DNA of 62,846 nt, the filler included, from Sphaeroforma arctica JP610 (lineage: Eukaryota), in NCBI RefSeq assembly GCF_001186125.1. It is 4 parts of one record of this genome, joined end to end, with 100 filler letters (N's around TTAATTAATTAA, not from the genome) between each part and the next. Parts side by side here need not be neighbours in the genome. Positions count along the whole stretch, not along the records: positions 48,174 to 62,846 come from NW_014040534.1; 3 more parts are not named here. One strand, written 5' to 3'. How positions within the stretch are numbered: position 1 is the first letter of the stretch; each line of letters begins with the position of its first letter. Positions 53,981 through 62,846 of the stretch are shown piece after piece. Under the pieces are notes generated by a model. The model was not told the DNA's origin, did not search any database, and saw only the letters and a list, made by a program, of their open reading frames with translations. A program made the translations under genes and the position numbers.

Positions 53981-56900
53981 AGCTCTATCTTGTATCGAAA
54001 TGCGTGCCTTCCACTCGAACCATGCTCTACTAGCAGTGATCGGTTCAATAGAGTATATACGTGACGTTCGTCTTGCTAACTAATGATACAGCTATGCTAG
54101 TGTGTTTGTAAGCGTGTATGACGGTTATATAGAATATGAATAGCAAACTATGTATCACTCACTGCTAATTAGATCAGTATATTTACGTCACTTTGAGTTG
54201 TGTAGTTTGCTTGACATATGAATTGTTGAGACACGAGTGATTTAATTATATGATTTGACTTTCCCATCAAATACTTGATATATTCAAGCCAGTATCCGGT
54301 TCCTTGGAGTACATGGTAAAACATCAGGGTGGGCCGTGGGATAACCGTTCCACGGCCACGCGTCAACCTTTATTTGTTTATTTACTTCACGAAAAGCCAA
54401 ACGGAGTAAAATAAACAAGAATAAATCAAAGTATGCCCACTAATCAAATTCTAGCATTATACTTATCGCGTATGATTGGTGTAAATTCTATAGCTTTTAA
54501 AAGACTAAAATAGGTCATTGGTTTATACAATATGCAACTTGACCAATCAATTAATTTTATACGTTTACCGCCGGAGATGGGTCAAAACATGTCACAAGTC
54601 AAATTAGTACCGAGAGAGTGGCGAGAGGAATATGTAACAAAAAAATGAGATATGCGTAGGTGCCGTTTTCGAAGATGTACTTGTGAGGGTAGATTGTTGC
54701 TATGTGGACTGTTGATTCTCGTCAATTGATAGGTTAGAGCTTGTGGCGAGATAGCCCAACGTTCATAATTATCTATGGAAGCCAATGAAGTTTGCATATA
54801 GCCTGATCTTTCTGCTGTCATTCTGGTATGCAAAGAATATTGCAATACGGCTTCATCTGTAAATATGTCTATGCGATAAAACTTTATACCTCTTGAAGAT
54901 ATATAATAATTACTCGTGATCCAACAAATATCTGTTATATAATTCGAATGTGCATCCTTATGTATTCTGAATGTATAAACTAGTATTCTCTATTTCTACA
55001 GGTTTTCGTGTTATTCGGATATTTGTAATCATTACCACACATTCCACAGTAAAATTGAACTTTCACGCACTATGGCACGCGTAGTGGGAACCCAAATATT
55101 GTTTTCTCTATTAATAGAACCGAATTAAATCAGATCAATATTTCCGATGGCCCAGGTCCTCGCGAAAAGATGAACACCCGAAAATCATGGGTAGCATTGT
55201 ATTGATGCACAGATCGGGTATTTCTCAATCATATGTTATTGACGAAAATGAACACCCTCCGTTCTGCTAATTTCCTTCGTTGGACAGTGGTCACTGTCCA
55301 CTCGCTCGTACAATTATATCCTTGTACTAAATAAATAGCATTAGTATCACTGAGTATTGAAAGCCCGGGAGAAGTAGAGAAGCGTGCTAGAGCAATACTT
55401 ACCATGTTGCGCTGTGTAAACTGACCTGGCCAAGGCATGGAAGAACACATCTTCCTTGAACTGTAGTCTATATGTAATATGTAAAGAGTGCTTGCTAATC
55501 TATGCCACCTTTGCGAATCGGCTTTCTAATAGTGCAACTAAGTCAAGATAGTCAGTATAAACATGTATAAATATAAAGTGTTGATTAAAACAGTGGTACT
55601 GTGGTGGCATTTTACACCAAAATGTGTTGCCCTGAAAGCGCCATTTAATTTCTGCAATGCTACCAAGTCACAAATATAGCAGATGGGGCTGACATTCCAA
55701 CTAATGGGTTGTAAGATCAGATGTTACTCGTTCTGTTTGAGTCATTAATAGTAATAGAAATTATCTAATCAGTCACTGGAACGTAGCTTGCAATCTCTCT
55801 CCACAACAGACTCGCAACTATGTTTCATATAATATGAGAAAGTCGATTGACGCCTGGATATTTCATAAATAGTAGTTGCACCAACTTTATTATACTGAAC
55901 ACAAATCTCTGCTCTAACAACAAGCTTTAGATCAACTACGATTGCACGTATGATGTATTTTTCTACTACTGCGATATGTGGTACATTCTCCTGCATTCGC
56001 TATCTGTATCCAGCGAATATGTACGAAATCAAGGTCTGACACTTCCACGCATCTTAAAACCAATGACATACCACTGTATCAATGATCAAGAAAGTAGTAG
56101 TTATACCCCCAACGTATACATTGACAACATCATGTATCCAAATTAAAAATAGTATACGCACGTGCACACACAGATACATATACAGAAAATTATAAATGTA
56201 TATATATATATATTGTAAATTTATACTTTGGAAAACCCGCGGCTATATTTAGATGCGAGCTGAATTGTGGTCTATACGTAAAGGACATCTGATATTTTAA
56301 GTGCTCCTCTGAAGAGAAGTATGTGGCAGAGTATCCTGCATGTATTTCTGCAGTTGGCGATTTGATTGTAATCGAAGCTTGACATTACCACGCAAAATTA
56401 CTAATCGGAACTCACGACGAAACACCACGAATCGCTTATGGCCTCGGTGGCTACCTTGTATATATTATAGTACCTCGGATACAACAAGCAATAGATTTTA
56501 TCGCGATTTGATGAATATGAAGTTACGCTGAGACATACATCATTGATGCATTAAATAACAAATACTCAATCCAAGTCAAAAAGCGAAACTAAAATTCCGT
56601 TAAACATACCAAGTATACTTCATGCAACGTTCACGAGGGTGTCATAGAAAGAAAAAAACATACGCTGTATAATCTTCGCGCTGATTAGTTATTTCACACC
56701 TCGAAGGCCGGGTATGGGAAAATTAAGTATCATACATGACCATACATACATAAGGTTTAATAAGAAAAATATTTGTACCTTTGGGTTGTGGTCGGGTACA
56801 GAAATCCCATCCAGATCTCGAGCTTTAGTGCACAGTAACCATGTGGAATACTAGATCCAACGCTCCTTGCACTGCCGACCGAACCGGTGTTCGATATGCT

Positions 56901-57468
56901 ATTGTATATCAATGTACACATATACGCTATTGCATATATATGTACATATAAACGCAACAGTTGATCTCGTACACGTATATGCATGACCCATATATACGGT
57001 GGACGCACACACAAAGCGTAGACCGAGACAGTCAGAAGTGTCGAACCCTAAGAAACCTCCCTAATCACCAATACCTCTCTTAGTGTTTTCTTCTTCGTAT
57101 TCTTATGCGAAGTGCCATACCACCAGACAAGGAGAAGGGGATACTGCACTGTTTCGGGGTTCATACAACTGTCTGAAATTCTAAATCCGCAGTATAGCCG
57201 ATAAATACATTCAGGATCAGGACAACAATTACACCAATGTGTTCCGCTGCGTTCCTATCCTTATATCCCCATATATATATATAGAAGATGAACAATGTTA
57301 AGCAACTCTCTCAGTTGCGTCAACTATACATCTCGACAACCGCCTAAAGAATGCCTCCAGAACCACTCTAAATATCTGTTTTATCTACAACAACATACAA
57401 TACAATTCTACTATTTCACTAGCCCATCCTCCATTCATATTCAGCGCCTAATACTCTTTTCATATAAC

Positions 57469-58125
57469 TCATCTGGGTGCGGGTCCTCTGGGCGGGAACT
57501 GATTGTTATACCCAGGTGGAGGAGGTCCACGGTACTGGGGTCGCATGCCAGGGGGTGGGCCCATACCAGGCGGTGCCATCATACCTGGAGGAGGCTGCAT
57601 CATACCTGGAGGAGGTCCCATACCACCCATTGGAGGTCTCATACCCCCCATCATACCGGGAGGCGGTCCCATATTGCCACTCCCAGGTGCTTGTGAGGGC
57701 TGCATTGCCTGTGTTGGGGCTGAGGCGGCGCCTCGAGTGGGCCCAGAAAGTCCAGCAGGTGCAGATGCATGTGCAATAGGAGCCACAGGCATACCCCTTC
57801 CGGCTGCTCGACCGGTTCCAGGCCCAGTGGGAGCTATGGCTTGGGCGCGTGTATCAGATTGTACGGGGGGACCTTCTACGGACAAGGAAACGATATTCTC
57901 ACCACGCAGAATTACTAGTCCGAGTGTGCGCTTCTCTTCGCGCTGGGGTGCTTTCGAGGCTTTGGTCCCCTTTAACCTGCGGGACTCTTCGCAGTCGCCG
58001 AGGACGAGGTTCATGTGTTTGTCAAAGGCCATGAAGGTGCCGATGAATGTGCGCCCGTCTTGTAACGAGATGCGCATCCTGTAGTTCAGGTAGTTCATCA
58101 TTTTAGAGGTTTTGGATACGCTCAT
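57469..58125 (-). CDS. SNRPB: Small nuclear ribonucleoprotein Sm B/B'
   Basis: [47 protein letters not shown]...[25 protein letters not shown], then GRAAGRGMP and PPPGM repeats; true start is probably the ATG at 58125. Confidence 0.96.
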   Translation of the reverse strand: MSVSKTSKMMNYLNYRMRISLQDGRTFIGTFMAFDKHMNLVLGDCEESRRLKGTKASKAPQREEKRTLGLVILRGENIVSLSVEGPPVQSDTRAQAIAPTGPGTGRAAGRGMPVAPIAHASAPAGLSGPTRGAASAPTQAMQPSQAPGSGNMGPPPGMMGGMRPPMGGMGPPPGMMQPPPGMMAPPGMGPPPGMRPQYRGPPPPGYNNQFPPRGPAPR

Positions 58126-59242
58126 GATGGCTTTTGATATGGTATAAGCTCGATCTGATATGTTTTTGTCCAATGTATTGCCACACGGAAACGTACGTAG
58201 ACAGCTCCCTATCTGTGTGCACCTCTCTTCTTGCTTAGCACGTGTATTCTTGGTTGAGTGTTTATAGTGTAAGTGTTGTTCTGAGCTGAGGATTATTTTA
58301 CCGGTGCCTGTGTTGTGAGCGTGCGGTTGCAATGTAGGAATGAACCTCGCGGTCATCAAGTTCGGTACTCACCAAGAAAAAGGAAAATGCATAGTGTCCT
58401 AAAAGACGCCTGAAAAACAACAATGTATTTTCAAATACATCTATTTTTAGTTAAAATATGGAGTATTTATATATTTATGTAAAACTCTGCTAAATACATA
58501 ACGAGTTACCGACTGCTTGCCGAGTGCCGAGTTGCCGACAGTGCCGACTGCTGATGAGTGTTGAGGACTTGAAGATGAGGGTTGAGGCGCTGAGCGCCGT
58601 CAGCCGTGTCAACTGTCAACTGTCAACTGAACTTCTCAACTCAATACGATTTGCGTTTTTGTTTTGAAACAAACTAATATAAACTACGTCCATGTCTTGT
58701 TGTTTGTTTTTAGGCGATGTATTTATCCATAGCTGTCTATGTTTTATCTAAATAGCGTTTTTCGTAAAATATAATGTATAAACCTTTGAATAGATAATAT
58801 ACGTTTACGTTCGAAGTTTAACGCAAAATGACAAAAAAAACCATACCCTCATGAAAAAAGAAGATATCAGAAATCTATGAAAAACCCCGAAAAAAAGGAT
58901 GACTAGAAGGGTTTTTATGGTTCATTGAGTCATGACTCATGGCCCTTTGGTCTCTCTCCTGGGGGTGGGGGCGTGGGCCCCCTTTTCATTTCTTCTCCCC
59001 TCCCCAGCAAATGTATAATCGGATTCTCAAAATCCGAGATATAAACTAAAGTTTATTATATCGAATTTATGATTAAAAATAGAGTGATATTCACGTGTAC
59101 ATTTTTTTTTGTTAAAATATGTGTGTGAATTGCAAATGATATGCGATCCTTATCAGGTTTTGATCATATATAGTTATAGTATTAGGGGATATGTATAGAG
59201 AATTGGGCAGAATTAATACATCACTAATAAGTTTTCGCAAAT

Positions 59243-59908
59243 ATGAAGTATATCATTGAACATCTAGAGCAGGAAGTTGGTAAATGGTGTGTGTGCGAGT
59301 ACACGCATATGGCCAAGTGTGTGGGGAAGGACAATTTGATAATATCAAACGTAAACAAAGAGGATGCTGCGATTTTACCCGAAGGAGTGAAGAAGGTGTC
59401 AGAACGATGCAACGAACTGGGATTCGATCCTTCCAGAGTTTGGTAAGTANNNNNNNNNNNNNNNNNNNNNNNNNNNNNNNNNNNNNNNNNNNNNNNNNNN
59501 NNNNNNNNNNNNNNNNNNNNNNNNNNNNNNNNNNNNNNNNNNNNNNNNNNNNNNNNNNNNNNNNNNNNNNNNNNNNNNNNNNNNNNNNNNNNNNNNNNNN
59601 NNNNNNNNNNNNNNNNNNNNNNNNNNNNNNNNNNNNNNNNNNNNNNNNNNNNNNNNNNNNNNNNNNNNNNNNNNNNNNNNNNNNNNNNNNNNNNNNNNNN
59701 NNNNNNNNNNNNNNNNNNNNNNNNNNNNNNNNNNNNNNNNNNNNNNNNNNNNNNNNNNNNNNNNNNNNNNNNNNNNNNNNNNNNNNNNNNNNNNNNNNNN
59801 NNNNNNNNNNNNNNNNNNNNNNNNNNNNNNNNNNNNNNNNNNNNNNNNNNNNNNNNNNNNNNNNNNNNNNNNNNNNNNNNNNNNNNNNNNNNNNNNNNNN
59901 NNNNNATA

Positions 59909-59960
<52 letters not shown>

Positions 59961-61488
59961 ATGTATATATATATAGCTGTATATTTATCTTTGTATCTAT
60001 CATTCATGCTATATATTTGTTATTATTTTCACTCGCATCAGTATAAGATACACAACTCAAATGGTACTTTCCAAGAAACATACTTTTCATTTTATATCAT
60101 TTCTTAATTTCAGCTTACTAGACTTGAGGGCCGATAAAGAATTGTCACCTGAAGATTTGACTGAATTTGATGCTGTAGTCTTTGGTGGAATTCTGGGCGA
60201 TCACCCGCCTCGCGATCGTACTGGATGTCTGAGAACGTATGTATTTTATCAGCCGTACTTTATGTAACAATACAGACAATGGAAGTATGCCGATACTGTA
60301 GCCGCTATTCTCGTGCTTGCGTGGTGTGCGTGGCGTCGTGCTCACATCTACGTTTCTCTCGAAGGAATCCATATGCTCGCGCATCCGTTGTGGTTTGTTC
60401 ATTTTTTGCGAGTCTAGATGTAGGTCCGTATTGCTAATCATTCTCGCATTTTCGCAATATTACATTGAACATAGACGGAACGTATACATGGTGGTTGTGT
60501 AGTGCTAATAAAAACTTGTAGCTCAAATTATTTGGCTTTTTCTCCTTATACGAAATCCACAGACATGGATTCACCACCCGGGTGCTGGGCAATCGACAAA
60601 TGTCGACAGACACAGCAGTGCTCGTCTGCAAAACCATATTGGAGGTAACTATACTTTGAACTGCTTTTTGATGGATGTCTAGCGATTATACGGAGTGTAT
60701 TTTCTCTCAGACTATACACCTCCAAAAAACAACACACACGTATGCTTCTGATAGTCATATAGTGGGTACATATTTTACTGCGCCTGATTAGCACACATGT
60801 GGTTATATAGCTGATTGTGATTGAATATGGTTGTGTATCTAATGGATATTTATTGTGATATTGTTTAGTCTGAAGTGTGAGTGTATACTTATGCCTGCAA
60901 ATGTATACAACGGTCATCTGTGCATTTGTAGCTTCAGACAGTATTTCGGCGCTCCATTCAAACAGATAAACGTGATTATATCCAGAGGATACATGCCTTT
61001 AGTTATGAATCCCGAGCATGATAGAGCAAACTTGCAACCACATATATGGCTGGATCAGTTGACAAATGACTCCCATTTCGACGTAGATTAACTGCTCGCT
61101 CAGTTCTCTATCCTCGGCGAAACCCTATCCTGTACTGGTGCAAATGTAGATTGAAGAGTTTTCTATCATGTTACTTATATAGTGGCTTCATATCCTAATA
61201 TGTTTATTGCATATTGCGAGTGAATACCTGCTCTTCTGCTGCAAGTCTTTTAATGTCATTGATATATATAGCACCTAAGTCAACTGCATCTGCTCGTCTT
61301 GTGTGCTTTGTCAGGATGGCAAGAAACTATCTGAAATCGAGTTTATAGATGACATCGAGTTGAAGACGGGCGAGAAAGACTCGACACTGCTGCCTTATCG
61401 ATACGTGGCAACAAGCGAGCACAAGCCATTGCTAGCCGATGGACTCATTGAGATACTTAGGGATGACGAAGAGAACTGTTTGTTCTAA
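59243..61488 (+). CDS. SFM1: SPOUT-fold protein arginine methyltransferase Sfm1 (DUF431); exons 59243-59442, 60114-60236, 60563-60644, 61315-61488
   Basis: MKYIIEHLE...W...EY; RVCLLDLRA..LSPED..FDAVVFGGILGDHPPRDRT; LGNRQMSTDTAV; IEFIDD..LPYRYV..KPLLADGLIEILRDD are collinear with yeast Sfm1. Confidence 0.93.
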
Positions 61489-61807
61489 AGCTATTTATTA
61501 AACTGTTAAAATTTACTGGGAAGTTGCGGTTCTATAGTTGCGAAGCCGGTCCATATATAGTTATAAGTCACTTGAAGGATGCTCTGGATGCGGGACGGTA
61601 GATATCCGTACCTATAGGGTCGTATTTAGAAATATGTGCCGGGAATGCGAGCCTAAACAGTTTTCTCATGAGATGGTAAAAGTCGCAGCAACTCAAATTG
61701 CGGGTGCTTTATGTTTTAAATAGACGTACTGTGATTTCTGACTCGAGCTGAATTTGAAGACACAGCACTCCCTGTCAAGAAATCTCATCTTGGGAGGGAA
61801 GGAGTCG

Positions 61808-61996
61808 AGGTCAGACATTGCTAATGTGGTGGTTGTGAGGTCAGACATTGCCATTGTGGTTGTAAGGTTGCCATTGTGATAACTTTATCTAGATCAGACA
61901 TTGCCATTGTGGTTGTAAGGTTGCCATTGTGATAACTTTATCTAGATCAGACATTGCCATTGTGGTTTCTTTAAGGTCAGACATTGCTACTGTGGT
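61808..61996. repeat. Compound minisatellite: five TCAGACATTGC(C/T)A.TGTGG units with an exact 52-bp duplication
   Basis: TCAGACATTG at ~61811, 61842, 61894, 61946 and 61977. Confidence 0.88.
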
Positions 61997-62374
61997 GACT
62001 TGCACAGACGCGGCCATAAATTAAACAGACCTGGCATGAATACGCACCGAACTGTAGTGCATGACATTGTCTGCTGCTGACATCCTAAATTATACAAATC
62101 TAAACACTGTTCTATACAAATACAGGCGGATGCAAGCTATATTACAATAAGGTGCTGAAGCTATGTGATGATGTCCTACAGCACGAACTACAGTCCTGTT
62201 GCCAAACGACGTCTACAAAACCAGACAAGATCTTCGCACCGACATGTGTGCTTTAGGCTTTATTGTGTGCTGATGAACATGCCTATTAAAAACATACGTA
62301 CATATAGACAAGACGCGTCATATTCACTATTCGGCGCCAGAAACGGTAGCTGAGGCAGGATCAATTGTTGTCGA

Positions 62375-62488
62375 TTATTTTGGCTTGTTCTCTAGTAAGT
62401 CCCTGTTGAGTCCCTCCCGGCCTTCCGTTTCAGCCTGCAAGTTGTCTTGCGCAGCAATCGCCTTGAGCACCAGACGCTTCGACGATTC
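62375..62488 (-). CDS. Probable last exon of a gene extending beyond the window (ESSKRLVLKAIAAQDNLQAETEGREGLNRDLLENKPK*)
   Basis: Acceptor tacgcag followed by a codon-like open frame to TAA; upstream microsatellite is typical of introns in this window. Confidence 0.55.
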   Translation of the reverse strand, partial: ESSKRLVLKAIAAQDNLQAETEGREGLNRDLLENKPK

Positions 62489-62683
62489 CTGCGTATATTT
62501 AACGATACAAACAGAAAGTGTTGAGTTTCGATATACCATGTTTAGTATGAGGCTGTAATTGATTTGATCCTTGCAGCGAGTCGGAGAGCTAGGGAAAAGG
62601 ATACCGCCCAGCGGGCTTTTGATTGTCAAGTGGTACTAGCATCTTAAGCTAACAATATTAGCAAAAATAAAAATAAAATAAGC

Positions 62684-62846
62684 ATATACATACATATACA
62701 TATACATATACATACACACACACACACATATATATATATACATACATACATACATATACATACATACATACATACATATATATATATATATATTAATATA
62801 TCTATATATATATGCAAATAATATATATATAAATATATATATATAA
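62684..62846. repeat. (TA)/(CA)/(TACA) microsatellite
   Basis: Seen directly. Confidence 0.95.

Noticed and set aside
57503..58084. 193-aa Gly/Pro-rich plus-strand ORF (likewise 45625-46326 and 2784-3287)
   Set aside because: Antisense shadows of SmB, MVK and HPD
58126..58359. N-terminal extension of the SmB ORF
   Set aside because: Homology starts at MSVSKTSKM (58125); the upstream open frame is probably UTR
61808..61996. CRISPR-like repeat-spacer appearance
   Set aside because: The 'spacers' are duplicated and derived from the repeat itself; a compound minisatellite

Overview
Eukaryotic draft-assembly window with spliceosomal GT-AG introns, microsatellites and N-gaps. The mix of animal-like genes (POGLUT1/Rumi, KHDC4, HPD) and a fungal/protist-type gene (SFM1) suggests a unicellular holozoan, possibly an ichthyosporean such as Sphaeroforma; this assignment is inference. 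Recognisable genes: HPD, TRAPPC6/Trs33, a POGLUT1/Rumi-like GT90 glycosyltransferase, mevalonate kinase, KHDC4/BLOM7, an atypical long-tailed Ras-family GTPase, SmB and SFM1. There is also an orphan multi-exon gene and the last exon of a gene leaving the window. About 15.4-35.6 kb is a transposon graveyard. It holds a decayed Ty3/Gypsy element, an intronless orphan cassette with a possible viral minor-capsid-like motif, and a decayed Ty1/Copia element. The Copia element carries a nested solo LTR and a younger nested LTR element with a TTAC target-site duplication. Many 35-325 bp tandem duplications are scattered through the window. Promoter-proximal DNA shows unusual 7-bp 'stutter' duplications of many different sequences. 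All family assignments come from recalled motifs, not database searches.
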